The notes under the pieces are model-generated. The model was given only the letters and a program-made list of their open reading frames with translations, ran no database searches and had not been told where the DNA came from. Below, in pieces: positions 51,401 to 60,599 of a DNA stretch of 64,000 bases. The translations under genes and the position numbers were made by a program. The DNA comes from an uncultured delta proteobacterium. Lineage in GTDB: Bacteria; Myxococcota; Myxococcia; Myxococcales; Myxococcaceae. The first letter of the stretch is position 1, and the number at the start of each line of letters is the position of its first letter. Where the stretch lies: contig CAVYSY010000034.1 in NCBI GenBank assembly GCA_963771175.1, positions 19,360 to 83,359 on the forward strand, read 5' to 3'.

Positions 51401-51971
51401 GAACAGCACGATCGCCGAAAACGTGGTTCAGGCCCGGTCGGCGGTGAACGGCGGGCTCCTGAACGTGTTCAACCGCGATGGGAGCGACGTGCTCGTCGAC
51501 CTGAGCAACGCGACGCTCGCGCTCAACCAGACGAACGGACCGCTCGGAACGATCTTCAATTTCGGCGAGCCGCCCACGTCGCCGTCCTACCGGGCGGCCG
51601 TCGTCCAGTTGCGGAACACGATCCTCGCTCGGAACGACGCGCCGGGCGGTGCGGACTGCCCGCTGCAGGGGCCGCTGGCCACGACGACGTCGTCTGGCCA
51701 CAACCTGCTCGGCGATGTCACCGCGTGCGCCGGGATGACGCCCGCTTCAACCGACCTCGTCGGGCACGATCCCTTGTTCGGCGCATCCGGAGACCACGGC
51801 GGTCCGGTCCCGTCGCTGCCGATCGCGCCGGAGAGCCCCGCGGTCGACGGCGGCGATCCCGCGGGGTGCGTCGACGCAACCGGCGTTCTGATCTCGACCG
51901 ATCAGCGCGGGCTTCCGAGGCCGTCGGGCGCGCGGTGCGACATCGGCGCGTTCGAGCTCCAGCTCCCGTAG
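48447..51971 (+). CDS. Surface lipoprotein with myxobacterial Cys-rich repeat, 30-aa Cys tandem repeats, beta-helix and choice-of-anchor-Q-like C-terminus
   Basis: FAFAC lipobox, CGNARIEGGEACDDGN..DGDGC...C, GGAIYN/GGGI repeats, SPAVDGG...DQRG..R....CDIGAFE. Confidence 0.88.
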   Translation: MRFTSRPLLAVLCGITLFAFACSSDKGGDASCGNARIEGGEACDDGNRRDGDGCDAACRVEAPATDCAGVAGGEAVHDHCGRCVGGTTGETACVQDCAGVWGGTASVDHCGACTGGTTSQTACTQDCADVWGGTASVDHCGACTGGTTGNTACAQDCAGVWGGTASTDHCGACTGGTTGRTACTQDCAGVWGGTASVDHCGVCVGGTTGRTACTQDCADVWGGTASVDRCGACTGGTTGQTACTQDCAGVWGGTASTDQCGACVGGTTGRTACTQDCAGVWGGTASVDRCGACTGGTTGQTACTQDCAGVWGGTASVDRCGVCTGGTTGRTACTQDCAGVWGGTAQADGCNRCTGGTTGRVACSGRTCPLGAGETVQALVDNPACEVVALPEGLFRGPIRVELARMGGKRAVEVRGSSRDGSVVESGGPPAFQIEPDATLRITSLTIRGNAGVPGASGFAGSAVYNRGTATLDGVAVTRNIGLITGAITNEHRMEIRSSIVSENVNRGGTKALGGAIYNSGVLYIGGSAITGNEASSTGLNYGGGVCNDGGSVTIEDSEVSGNRASNAINVGGTMEGGGIFSAGGAIDVRRSRIHQNRVENAGSGAHGGGISAWGSTVTLSADSEVSYNEIVAKSEAYGAGIYLQDHAQLHADGVTFEGNVGRAEVWVGGAAVMAKQTSLRLAGNRLANNRLEVTAPSGGQLLGGVLYVREGTLKMSGGQLVGNTMRNGWVQGGLVRVDEYASPSEADEALELEGVTIAGNVVSTSGNLDGGLLSAVRTLRLTDCDIHSNAVTSAAQYGSKGGLVHFYWSHETTTPLLPGALAVEGTRVAGNTVASTNGVSGGLLYAYLARTSPVVVTLASSTFVDNIVSSTRGATRGGLFQFEEARHVAIVDSVLRANTITSGVDGGSTMNPGVVHGGLLYQVFTTGSYADPDSDPDGKIALVRTDVSRNRVGTSLATDAVQGGLFMLYVPWHAAGRLFTLSATNSTIAENVVQARSAVNGGLLNVFNRDGSDVLVDLSNATLALNQTNGPLGTIFNFGEPPTSPSYRAAVVQLRNTILARNDAPGGADCPLQGPLATTTSSGHNLLGDVTACAGMTPASTDLVGHDPLFGASGDHGGPVPSLPIAPESPAVDGGDPAGCVDATGVLISTDQRGLPRPSGARCDIGAFELQLP
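48642..49541 (+). repeat. Intragenic tandem repeat, 10 x 90 bp
   Basis: Unit DCAGVWGGTASVDxCGxCTGGTTGxTACTQ. Confidence 0.93.
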
Positions 51972-52202
51972 GCCCGTTCCGACTTAGCGATACGGCCCGG
52001 TTGAAAACCGGGCGCGGGCTCGCTGGTGCGGAGAGGCCGAGGAGGGCCGCTGACGGGGGCCCACCCAGGAGGGGGGCGGCAGGGACCGGGTGCCATCACG
52101 TACGCCAGCACCCACCTGAGGCCTGCACAGTGGGCACAGGCGAAGGCTACATCCCTTGCTACAGCCTCCCAGAAAGCTGAGTCCTTTCCGGGAGATACAG
52201 AG

Positions 52203-52230
52203 TGGAGGCGGCGGGAATCGAACCCGCCGC
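52203..52230 (-). repeat. tmRNA (ssrA)-like 3' fragment, att-site copy 1
   Basis: Minus strand GCGGG-TTCGATT-CCCGC-CGCCTCC-A gives a T-arm plus an acceptor strand with the U of a G3-U pair. No 5' half nearby. Confidence 0.8.
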
Positions 52231-52317
52231 TTGGCTCCCCCAGAGCGAGCCTGGCGGAGTCTTGTGGGAGCCTGGCGGTAGCATGTGCCCTGGCGAGGTG
52301 TGGCTGGGGAGGGGCTG

Positions 52318-53092
52318 GTGGGGGCGCACGGGTGGGAGTACCGGCGGAGGCGGCCGGAGGGGACAGTGTTGTATGCGGCGGTGAGGGACAACCTCGCCAC
52401 GCTGCTGGCGGAGGCGAGCGAGCTGGGGCGCGGCCTGCCCCGGTACGTGGAGCGGGACTTCGCCCGGTACCTGGAGTGTGGAGTGTTGGCGCACGGCTTC
52501 GCGCGGGTGCTGTGGCGTCCCTGGTGCCTCCGCCTCGGGCGAACCTCACGAGGTTTCATGGCGTCTTCGCTCCGGGCGCCAGGCTCCGTCCATTTCTGCT
52601 CCCTCAAGCGGGGACGGAGGCGGGCCCACAGAAGGAGAGCCTCTGCCTGGCCGCGACGGTGGAGGAGCCGAGGAAGCAGAGGAGGGCGCGGGTGGATTGG
52701 GCCGGGCTGCTGCGCAGGACGTTCGCACTGGACGTGTTCGCCTGTCCGCGGTGTGGAGGCAGGCGAAAGGTGCTGGCGTATGTGACGGCCCCCGCTGGGG
52801 TGCGCTCGATATTGGAGCACCTGGGACTTCCCACGCAGGCTCTGAAGCGGGCCCCGGCCCGGGGACCACTCCAGCGGGCGTGGTGCTGAACCTGGCGTAG
52901 CCGCTGTCCACACGCCCCAACTCCCTGCCTCTCTCCTCGAGCGAGGGCGGCCAGGGCAGGGGTGTGCTCCAAGGGGTTGCACCGTCCCGTGCACCGGCGC
53001 GGCGCGCGGCCTTGCTGGCCCCGGCAGCGGCCCTTCTCGGCCCCTCCGCTCCAGCCCTCACCCTCAACATGGCTTCTATCCCGCCTATACGC
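52318..53092 (+). mobile_element. Internally deleted IS91/ISCR-like (rolling-circle) element
   Basis: N-terminal [12 protein letters not shown]...[15 protein letters not shown] joins at about 52510 to C-terminal [18 protein letters not shown]...[11 protein letters not shown]...CPRCGG. Ends in oriIS-like CCTATACGC at 53092. Confidence 0.8.
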
Positions 53093-53533
53093 ATTCCCGC
53101 GCGGTGGAGCTACATCCTCTTCGCGCACATCCTCATGCCTCGCCGCAACCATCAGAAGTCCCGCGCCCTGTTCATCCAGGCGGCGCGGGGCCTGCGCTCG
53201 TCCGACTACCATGCCTGGGGCAGGGCCTTGCCGCGGGCCGCGCGAGGGACCTACGCCCGGCTGGATCCCGCCCGGAACACCTTGCCCAAGTTGTACGTCA
53301 GTGGCGCGCAGGACCACATGTTCCTGCCGGCCTTGCGCCGCTTCGTGCGAAGCGAGGCGCGGGCGGAGTGGATCCTCCTCCCCCAATGCGGACATGTCTG
53401 CAATATCGAGCGGGCCGGGCTCTTCAATAAGCTCGCTTTGTCTTTCTTCCGGCGCTCGGCCGCGGGGTCCTCGTTCCTCTCGTCTCTCGGGCGGAATCCG
53501 GGTGCGTTGCCCGCCGCCAGGCCGCCGGTGTGA
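53093..53533 (+). pseudogene. C-terminal fragment of an alpha/beta hydrolase, starting at the IS91-like end
   Basis: LYVSGAQDHMF...CGHVCNIE...FN present. The nucleophile-bearing N-terminal half is missing. Confidence 0.6.
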
Positions 53534-54395
53534 GGCCCTGCGTGCGCCGGAACAGGCGGATGAAGTGGGTCACGTCCGCGTAGCCCACGCGCTCGGCGAT
53601 GACCTCCACCTGCTCGTCCGTTCCCCGAAGCCGCCGCCGGGCCTCGGCCATGCGGTACTCGAGGATCCACTGGCCCACCGTGCGGCCCGTCTCCTTGCGC
53701 ACCACGCTGGCCACATGCGTCGCGGAGCGCCCCACGGCGCGGGCCACCTGGGCGAGTGACAGCGATTCGAGCGCGTTCGCCTCGATATGGGTGAGCACCT
53801 GGCGGGCGATGCCCTGGCCCGCCGGGTCGGGCGAGGCCTCGGGGCCACTCATCCGCTCCAGTTCGATCAACACCAGCCGCAGCAGGGCGCCCACGGCCTC
53901 CTCCCGCGAGCGCTCGTCGCCTTGAATCTCCTGCTCCATCAGGCGCAGCCAGCCCTCGAGGCGCTGGCGCTGGGTAGCGTTGGGGCGCAGGACCGGATGG
54001 CACCCGCCGCGAACCCGCAGCAGGGGTCCCAGCTTCAGCCCCGTGTGGCTTCCCCAGCTCGTGTCCTCCTGGGGAAAGGCCTCCGGATGGAAGGTGAGCC
54101 CCCAGCCCTCCATGTCCTCGAAGTGCGCCGCGCCGTGGGCATCGCCCGGGGGAATGAGATGGACATCGCCCGCGCGCAGCACGAGGTCCCCCGTGTGGCG
54201 GATGCGCGACAGGCCCCGCGTCACCAGGACGATGGCCGCGAAGGAGTGGGTGAAGGTTCCCGGCCGGGCGGCGTGGTGCTCATGGCCGCTGAAGCGCCGC
54301 ACCCAGACCGGGAACTGGTGGCGCTCGAATTCCTCTCGCGCCCGCGAGGGAGGCTTCGTTCCGGGCGGGGTCTTGGCCTTCGTCATCGGTGCCAT
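53424..54395 (-). CDS. AraC-family transcriptional regulator
   Basis: Cupin N-terminus (HSF...GDV.LIPPG..H) and HTH (IAERVGYAD..HF.R.FRR..G.TP..WR). Confidence 0.9.
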   Translation of the reverse strand: MAPMTKAKTPPGTKPPSRAREEFERHQFPVWVRRFSGHEHHAARPGTFTHSFAAIVLVTRGLSRIRHTGDLVLRAGDVHLIPPGDAHGAAHFEDMEGWGLTFHPEAFPQEDTSWGSHTGLKLGPLLRVRGGCHPVLRPNATQRQRLEGWLRLMEQEIQGDERSREEAVGALLRLVLIELERMSGPEASPDPAGQGIARQVLTHIEANALESLSLAQVARAVGRSATHVASVVRKETGRTVGQWILEYRMAEARRRLRGTDEQVEVIAERVGYADVTHFIRLFRRTQGLTPAAWRRATHPDSARETRGTRTPRPSAGRKTKRAY

Positions 54396-54429
54396 TGTCG
54401 CCGGGGGCGCGCCGGAGGCTCCAGGGGTC

Positions 54430-55161
54430 TCAGCGGGCGGCGCCGGACTCGAGGCGCGCGAGGAAGACCTTGAACTGCAGCGAGAGGAAGATTGGCCGGG
54501 GCGCGACGAAGCCCGCCTGGGCGAGCATCGCGGCCAGGGCGGCGTCGGACTCGACGGGCTTCATCCGTAGGAAGAGCTGACGCCGACGCTCCAGCTCGTC
54601 CGCGGGCACGCCATGTGCCCGATGCCGCCGCAGCTCCACTTCCATCAGCACCGGATCCATGCCGACGCGGCAGCCCACGACCAGCGGGGCGCCGGGCTTG
54701 AGCCGCCGGGCCACTTCCCGCAGCAGCGCACGGCGTGCCTCCTCGCCCTCCACGTGGTGCAGCACGCCGAGCATCTGCGCGCCATCGAAGGGGGGACCGT
54801 CGGGCAGGGTGCTCAGCTCGCCGACGTGCAGGTGCGTGCGGGAGAGCAGGCCCTCGGTCTCCAGCCGCTGGCGGGCGACGGCGAGCATGGCGTCCGAGGG
54901 GTCCACGCCCGTGAAGCGCCAGCCGGGCACGCTGAAGCGGGGGTAGGGGACCAGCTCCGCGCCCGTGCCCACGCCCACGAAGAGCAGCGAGGCCGAGTCC
55001 TGGCCGTCCAATTGGGCCGTCAGCGCGCTGACACCGACTTCGTAGAGCCCCTGACTGCCGGGCAGGGCGATGGCGGCCTGGGCGTCATAGTGGGCGGCGC
55101 GGTCGGCGCCGAAGCCGTGAATGTGGTGGTGGTGGGAAGAGGGGGCGGAGTCGTGTGCCAT
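54430..55161 (-). CDS. Class I SAM-dependent methyltransferase
   Basis: LFVGVGTGAE, GVDPS..ML and RLKPGA. His-rich N-terminus. Confidence 0.87.
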   Translation of the reverse strand: MAHDSAPSSHHHHIHGFGADRAAHYDAQAAIALPGSQGLYEVGVSALTAQLDGQDSASLLFVGVGTGAELVPYPRFSVPGWRFTGVDPSDAMLAVARQRLETEGLLSRTHLHVGELSTLPDGPPFDGAQMLGVLHHVEGEEARRALLREVARRLKPGAPLVVGCRVGMDPVLMEVELRRHRAHGVPADELERRRQLFLRMKPVESDAALAAMLAQAGFVAPRPIFLSLQFKVFLARLESGAAR

Positions 55162-55308
55162 GGCCTGTCCTGGAAAAGGCCCGAGAAGGGCCGCGATCGG
55201 CCTGAAACATGCGCCCGGGACTCGCCGAAGGGCAGAGCGGGGATTCACGCCGGATCGGCGGATCTTCCGGTCGTCCTCACCTCGCCACGGCCTTCACCAC
55301 CTGGATGA

Positions 55309-55442
55309 AGGCCTTTTTTTCCCTTCGGAACCGCGCCCCATAACACGCTCGAAAGAGGAGGAAGTCGATATGCATGTTCTCGTGACGGGAGCGACGGGAT
55401 TCATTGGTGAAGCGGTCGTGCGCGAGCTGCTGGGGGCGGGGC
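55309..55442 (+). repeat. Duplicate of the SDR upstream region plus first ~24 codons (other copy 57600-57729)
   Basis: CCGCGCCCCATAACACGCTCGAAAGAGGAGGAAGTCGA...GTGACGGGAGCGACGGGATTCATTGGTGAAGCGGTCGTGCGCGAGCTGCTGGGGGCGGGGC occurs at both sites. Confidence 0.9.
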
Positions 55443-55455
55443 GCGGATACCAGAC

Positions 55456-56454
55456 TCAGTGGCGGCTGATGAAGCGCCTCAACTCCTCGTCGATCTCGTG
55501 ATTCTCGGGCGCGTCGCTGAAGCCGAAACCAAAGCCGCGGTGGGGCATGGCCTCCCAGACGTGCAACTCGGCCTCGACGCCCGCGCGCCGCAGCGCGCGG
55601 TGCATCCGCACCGAGTTGGAGAGGAACAGGTCGCGCGTGCCCGCCTGGATGAAGGTCGGAGGGAAGCCGGAGCTGAAGTCGGCGAACAGCGGGGAGACGT
55701 AGGGATGAGTCAGGTCGTGGCTTCCCGCATAGAGGGCGTTGCACTCCGGCAACCCGCCCTTCAGTGTCACGTCCAGCAGCGCGTTGGTCTGGAACGTGTC
55801 GCCGGACTCGGTGAGGTCGACTTCCGGCGTCAGCAGGGCCACGGCGGCCGGAAGGGGCAGGCCCCTGTCGCGGATCATCAGGGTGGCCGCCGCCGCGATG
55901 TTTCCGCCAGCCGAGGCGCCGCCAATCACCACGTGGGCTGGATCCCAGTCCTTGATCAGCTCGCGGTAGACGGCGACGCAGTCCTCGGGCGCGGCTGGGA
56001 AGGAATGGTCCGGCGGCATGCGGTAGTCGACCGACACGGTGGTGACACCGAGCCGATCGGCGCTCATCGCACCGTCCGCCTTGGCGTAGGCCCCACCGCC
56101 GAACACCAGGGCGCCGCCGTGCAGGTAGAGGTAGCACCGTTGGGCCGCCGCCGCGTCCAGGCCGGGCGGGGTCGCGATGTAGCAGGTCACGCCGGCGATA
56201 GACCGGGTCTCGATCTGGCAGCGGGCCCCACCCAGCATCTGCTCCACCAGCGGTGCCCACTGGGCATTGGTGGCGGCGACCGCCTGACGCCAGCCTTCGA
56301 GGTCGTTGGGCGCGGGGTAGACCGGGACGGGTGCCGCCACGCCAGCGGAGAGGGCCGCGCGGGCCTCGGCGCTGACGGTCTCCGGCGGGAAGATCTTCCG
56401 CGTCGGAAGGGTGACGGGGGCGAGCGAGGGGGGCGCGATGGCTGGACGGGGCAT
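55456..56454 (-). CDS. HSL-family esterase (alpha/beta hydrolase)
   Basis: LHGG, VDYR..P, GASAGG, GTRD and MPH. Confidence 0.9.
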   Translation of the reverse strand: MPRPAIAPPSLAPVTLPTRKIFPPETVSAEARAALSAGVAAPVPVYPAPNDLEGWRQAVAATNAQWAPLVEQMLGGARCQIETRSIAGVTCYIATPPGLDAAAAQRCYLYLHGGALVFGGGAYAKADGAMSADRLGVTTVSVDYRMPPDHSFPAAPEDCVAVYRELIKDWDPAHVVIGGASAGGNIAAAATLMIRDRGLPLPAAVALLTPEVDLTESGDTFQTNALLDVTLKGGLPECNALYAGSHDLTHPYVSPLFADFSSGFPPTFIQAGTRDLFLSNSVRMHRALRRAGVEAELHVWEAMPHRGFGFGFSDAPENHEIDEELRRFISRH

Positions 56455-56731
56455 GCGTTCTCCATGTCTGGAAGAAGACCGCGCCACTATCGGCTCAAGA
56501 TCCATCCGGGTGAATCCGTGACGTTATACAGGTATAGCGGCTACCTGTTTGGGAACGAGGCATGGCCAGCCGCGGTGGGGCTCGAGCTTCCCACCGTCGC
56601 GAGGAACGGCGCGCGCGGAGACGCGCTACTCCACTGCCAATGCGAAGCATGCCGCGGCACAGTCCGCGGAGGACTTGCCCGTCGCCCAAAGATGCGCGGA
56701 TCCGTCCTTCGACCGATGGGGCCCCCAGGAC

Positions 56732-57583
56732 TCACGGACCCGGTCCGGAGCGGGGCCCACGCGAGAGCAGCTGCTCTATTCGCCGCGCATCGGCGGGGGT
56801 GGCGGGCGTGAAGACGACCATGCTCAAGCCGTCCGCACCATCGACGGTGAAGGCCGAGTACTCGAGCGTGAGCGGTCCGACCCCGGCGTGCTGGAGTTGC
56901 TTCATCCCCGTTCCATGGCCGTGCATGGCGTTCTCGGCCCAGAGCCGGCGAAAGTCGGCGCTGCGGGCCTGGAGCTCGGCCACAAGCGCGGAGGCCTCGG
57001 GACTCCCCCCCATGCGCGCCATTTCGATGCGGAACACCGCGAGGGCGAAGCGTGCGTTCCCTTCCCAGTCGGGAAGGGCGGGGCGCGTGGCCGGGTCGCC
57101 GAACAGCCGCCTGAGGATGTTGCGCTCGTGGGGGGGCATCGCCGCGTAGTCGGCTAGCACCGAGAGGGCGGCCGCGTTCCAGGCCACGATGTCCCACGCG
57201 GGAGTCTTCACATAGGCGGGGCTGAGCGTCAGTGCGTCGAGCACACGCTGCACCGTGGGCGACACCGGAGGCGTGGGGGTGGGGTGGATCGGCGGCGGTC
57301 GCTGCCGGGCGAGGAGGAAGAGGACCTCGCGGCTCGCGGCATCGAGCTCCAGCGCACGGGAGAGCCGCTCCAGCACCTCGTCCGACGGGGGGCCTCCCCG
57401 CCCTTGTTCGAGCCACGTGTACCAGGTGACGCTGACGCCGGCCCGCGTCGCCACCTCCTCCCGCCTGAGCCCCGGTGTCCGACGCCGGCCCTGGGCTCCC
57501 GCACCAGGAGACACGCGTGCCCGCCGGTCGCGGAGGAACCTTCCGAGGGAGAGCTCCGGGTTGGGTAGGGTGGTGGCTTTCAT
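56732..57583 (-). CDS. XRE/MmyB-like HTH transcriptional regulator
   Basis: LGRFLRDRR...RRTPGLRREEVA..AGVS..WYTWLEQGR and a PAS-like C-terminus (ERNILR). Confidence 0.92.
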   Translation of the reverse strand: MKATTLPNPELSLGRFLRDRRARVSPGAGAQGRRRTPGLRREEVATRAGVSVTWYTWLEQGRGGPPSDEVLERLSRALELDAASREVLFLLARQRPPPIHPTPTPPVSPTVQRVLDALTLSPAYVKTPAWDIVAWNAAALSVLADYAAMPPHERNILRRLFGDPATRPALPDWEGNARFALAVFRIEMARMGGSPEASALVAELQARSADFRRLWAENAMHGHGTGMKQLQHAGVGPLTLEYSAFTVDGADGLSMVVFTPATPADARRIEQLLSRGPRSGPGP

Positions 57584-57656
57584 ACCTGTATAAACTATCG
57601 GCTTTTTCCCCTCGAAGCCGCGCCCCATAACACGCTCGAAAGAGGAGGAAGTCGAC

Positions 57657-58548
57657 ATGCGTGTCTTCGTGACGGGAGCGACGGGATTCATTGGTGAAGC
57701 GGTCGTGCGCGAGCTGCTGGGGGCGGGGCACCGGGTGCTCGGACTGGCTCGGAGCGAGGCCTCCGCGGCGGCCCTGGCGCGGTGGGGGGGGGAGGCGCAT
57801 CGGGGCGAATTGACGGATACGGAAAGTCTCACCACGGGTGCACGGGCGTGCGACGGGGTGATCCACCTGGCCTTCATCCATGATTTCTCCGCCTATGCGG
57901 CCGCCTGCGAGACGGATCGGCGAGCGGTGGAGGCGCTGGCTGGCGCGCTGGAGGGCTCGGGCAAACCGCTCGTCGTGACGTCAGGCACCGCGCTGCTCAC
58001 GCCTGGCCGAATCGGTACGGAAGCGGATGCGCCCATGTCCGGGAATGCGGCCCCGCGTGCCGTATCGGAGGTGGCCGCGATGGCGGCCGCCGGTCGCGGG
58101 GTGCGAGCCAGCGTCGTGCGGCTGCCACCGTCCGTCCACGGCACGGGTGACCACGAGCCTTCGTGCCGGCGCTGATCGGCATCGCGCGCCGCACCGGCGC
58201 TCCGCTTTTGTCGGCGACGGCGCGAACCGCTGGCCCGCGGTGCACCGGTTGGATGCCGCGCGCCTCTTTCGCCTCGCGCTCGAGAACGCTCCCCCCGGGG
58301 CACGCCTGCATGGTGTCGCAGAGGAGGGCATCCCCCTGCGCGCGATCGCCGAGGTGATTGGTGCGGGGCTCGGCGTCCCCGTCAGGAGCCTGGGCGAGAA
58401 CGAGGCACGCACGCACTTCGATTGGCTCGGCGCCTTCGCGGCCATCGACAATGCGACCTCCAGCGCACGCACCCGCGAGGCGCTGGGATGGAGCCCGACA
58501 GGACCCGGCCTCCTCACCGACATGCGGGAGGGCGGGTACTTCGCCTGA
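57657..58548 (+). pseudogene. NAD-dependent epimerase/SDR oxidoreductase with two frameshifts (~58157 and ~58200)
   Basis: VTGATGFIG start. The continuation VPALIGIARRTG and then SAFVGDGANRWPAVH lie in two successive other frames. Confidence 0.85.
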
Positions 58549-58593
58549 CGGGGGCGCGCTACCCGCGCGCGACCTCGTCGAGCTGCCCGCCTC

Positions 58594-58700
58594 GAACCGA
58601 TTTGGTCCCCCAAGGCGATCCGCGCCTCCTCGTTAGGAGTGGGTTCGACTCAAGGCGGCGGGCAACCTCTATTGGAAGCGGCGGGATTCGAAGCCGCCGC
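58594..58700 (-). repeat. 107-bp repeat ending in a degenerate tmRNA-like 3' fragment (att copy 2; core 58673-58700)
   Basis: Ungapped homolog of 60493-60599. Core TGGAAGCGGCGGGATTCGAAGCCGCCGC has 3 mismatches to copy 1. Confidence 0.75.
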
Positions 58701-58712
58701 TCTGAGTCTCCG

Positions 58713-59519
58713 CTAATGCCGCCCCAATGCCCTGTCCCAGTCAGCCAACTGCATGGTCACCGTGTATTTGTAGGCGCTGGAGAAATCCTCGAAGTCTTTC
58801 GGGGGAAGCGCGGCGAGGCGCTCGCGCAGGAAGCCCGGGTCGCTGAGCACCTCGCGGTGCTTGAACTCGGTATCCACCTCCACCAGGACAGGAATCACCC
58901 GGAGCACAGCCTCCATGCAATCCTCTCGGGTAGCGCGAGACATGCGCTCCACCGTCAGCGCCATATGCTCGCGCACCGAGGCGGGCCCCCCGGGGCACCA
59001 CGCCTCCAGCGTCTTGCGGTAGATGTAGTCCATGAGGTCATCGAGCGTATGGTGGGTGTCGGGCACCCTGTACGCATAGCGCGGGCCTTGGAGCACCTCC
59101 CAGAAGCGCAGCAGCGCGGCGAGCCGCCTGGCCATGCGCTCCGCGCTCCGCAGCGGGGGAGGAGACACGGCATGGTAGAGAGCGCCCCACGGGGTGCTCA
59201 GGCAGAAGGACTCGAAGGCGTCTCTCGTGCGCTGGTGCTCCTCCTCCGGGACGCCTTCATCCAAGCGCATGAAGACGTCGCCGAACATGTGAATCCGCCA
59301 GCTCGAGCGGCGGATGAATTCAAACTCGGCCGCCGAGTGCATCACCAGAGGCTCGCCGGGCGGCACCTGGAGCATCCGCCGGGGCTGGGTAAAGGCACCG
59401 GTCTTGAGGTACTCCCGGGCCCACCCCTGGCCCTTGGCTCTCACCTCGCGGCGGATGGCGCCGATAGGGCCGTGGAGCATCGCTGGGAACTCAAGCACCG
59501 GGGACTGTGGCACGGTCAT
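58713..59519 (-). CDS. Hypothetical protein, candidate immunity/partner of the upstream nuclease-like gene
   Basis: Intact 268-aa globular-looking ORF directly downstream of a PD-(D/E)XK-like gene. Function inferred from position only. Confidence 0.6.
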   Translation of the reverse strand: MTVPQSPVLEFPAMLHGPIGAIRREVRAKGQGWAREYLKTGAFTQPRRMLQVPPGEPLVMHSAAEFEFIRRSSWRIHMFGDVFMRLDEGVPEEEHQRTRDAFESFCLSTPWGALYHAVSPPPLRSAERMARRLAALLRFWEVLQGPRYAYRVPDTHHTLDDLMDYIYRKTLEAWCPGGPASVREHMALTVERMSRATREDCMEAVLRVIPVLVEVDTEFKHREVLSDPGFLRERLAALPPKDFEDFSSAYKYTVTMQLADWDRALGRH

Positions 59520-59605
59520 AACGCGGGCCCTACCATAGCGGTCACTTGCGCCTCAAGCGCCAGGACCCGCGCTCGCTCCGAGGGTGCCAGACGCCTGCCG
59601 CCCGC

Positions 59606-60342
59606 TCAGCGGCAGTCCACGGGCAGGTAGACCTGTCCCTGGAAGCCGCTGGGCAATTCGCCCCTTTCATAGGCAGCCCGGAGCGCCTGCTCGGCCATCT
59701 CACCGCGCTGCTCTCCTTCTTCCCTGGGCAACGCCTCTTCCTTCTGGGCCGCGCGCTCCTTCCAGGAAACGTTGGACTTCTTGCGCCGGTAGCTCCAGCG
59801 GTAGAGCGTCACTCCGGGCTCTGGCGTGCGCCAGGACAACTGCCAGAGGGCTCCCCCGTTCTCGAATTCGAGGAAGAGGGACCCCTCGAAGCCGGTGCCT
59901 CCCGCGAGCTTCTTGTCAGGCTCGACAGCCTCATTCAGAGCCGCCAGGTAGCGCCCCGCCTGTTCTCTCCCTTCCTTGCGCCCCTCCTCATTGTCCGGCT
60001 TGATCTCGAAGAGCACGAGAGCTCGGGTATCGGTGATGTCCGGGCGCAAGCGCCTGCACGAGCTCCGAAAGACGCTTGGGATTGCCCAACTTCCCCTCCT
60101 CCACAATTCTGTAGAGGTTGACGGGGTCGAGGAAGACGGCGTTGGTGGGGTGCTGCACGCTGTATTGCCTGCCAATGGCGAAGTGTGCGGCCCGGCCAAG
60201 AAAAGCGCCCCAGGGCTCCGTGGAGTCCGGCTTGCGGCCAGGGAGCTTGGAGGAGGGCGGCTCCGCGCTGGGCGCCGAGGGCCGTCACGAGCACCAGGAG
60301 CAAAACCCGCCAACCCAATGCTGCTCCTCGTCCTGGTTGCAC
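59606..60342 (-). pseudogene. Signal-bearing PD-(D/E)XK nuclease-like toxin, two frameshifts (~60275 and ~60050)
   Basis: Stitched frames give MQPGRGAALGWRVLLLVLVTA / GRAAHFAIGRQYSVQHP / LRPDITD...LFEIKP...Q..RY. Confidence 0.6.
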
Positions 60343-60492
60343 CCTCTTTCATGTCCGACATGCTCCTCCCGGTGCGGTGTAAGGTCGGGGAGGGAATCAT
60401 GAGGGGCTGACACGCTGATGACGACCGTGGGCCTTGTCTGTCTTATACGCTGCCGTTCTGCCTCCGGATTTGGTCCAGATTTGGTCCGACAA

Positions 60493-60599
60493 GAACCGAT
60501 TTGCTCCCTCAAGACGATCCGAGCCTCATCTTCAGGAGTGGACTCAGCTCAGAGCGGCGGGTGATTCCGCATGGAGGCGGCGGGAATCGAACCCGCCGC
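60493..60599 (-). repeat. 107-bp repeat ending in a tmRNA-like 3' fragment (att copy 3; core 60572-60599)
   Basis: Core is identical to 52203-52230 over 28 bp. Preceded by GATTTGGTCC direct repeats (60467, 60478) and followed by TGTAGCAA x2 (60722-60737). Confidence 0.8.

Noticed and set aside
57784..57792. Poly-G tract in the SDR gene as a phase-variation switch
   Set aside because: The frame is intact across it and the actual frameshifts lie about 370 bp downstream.
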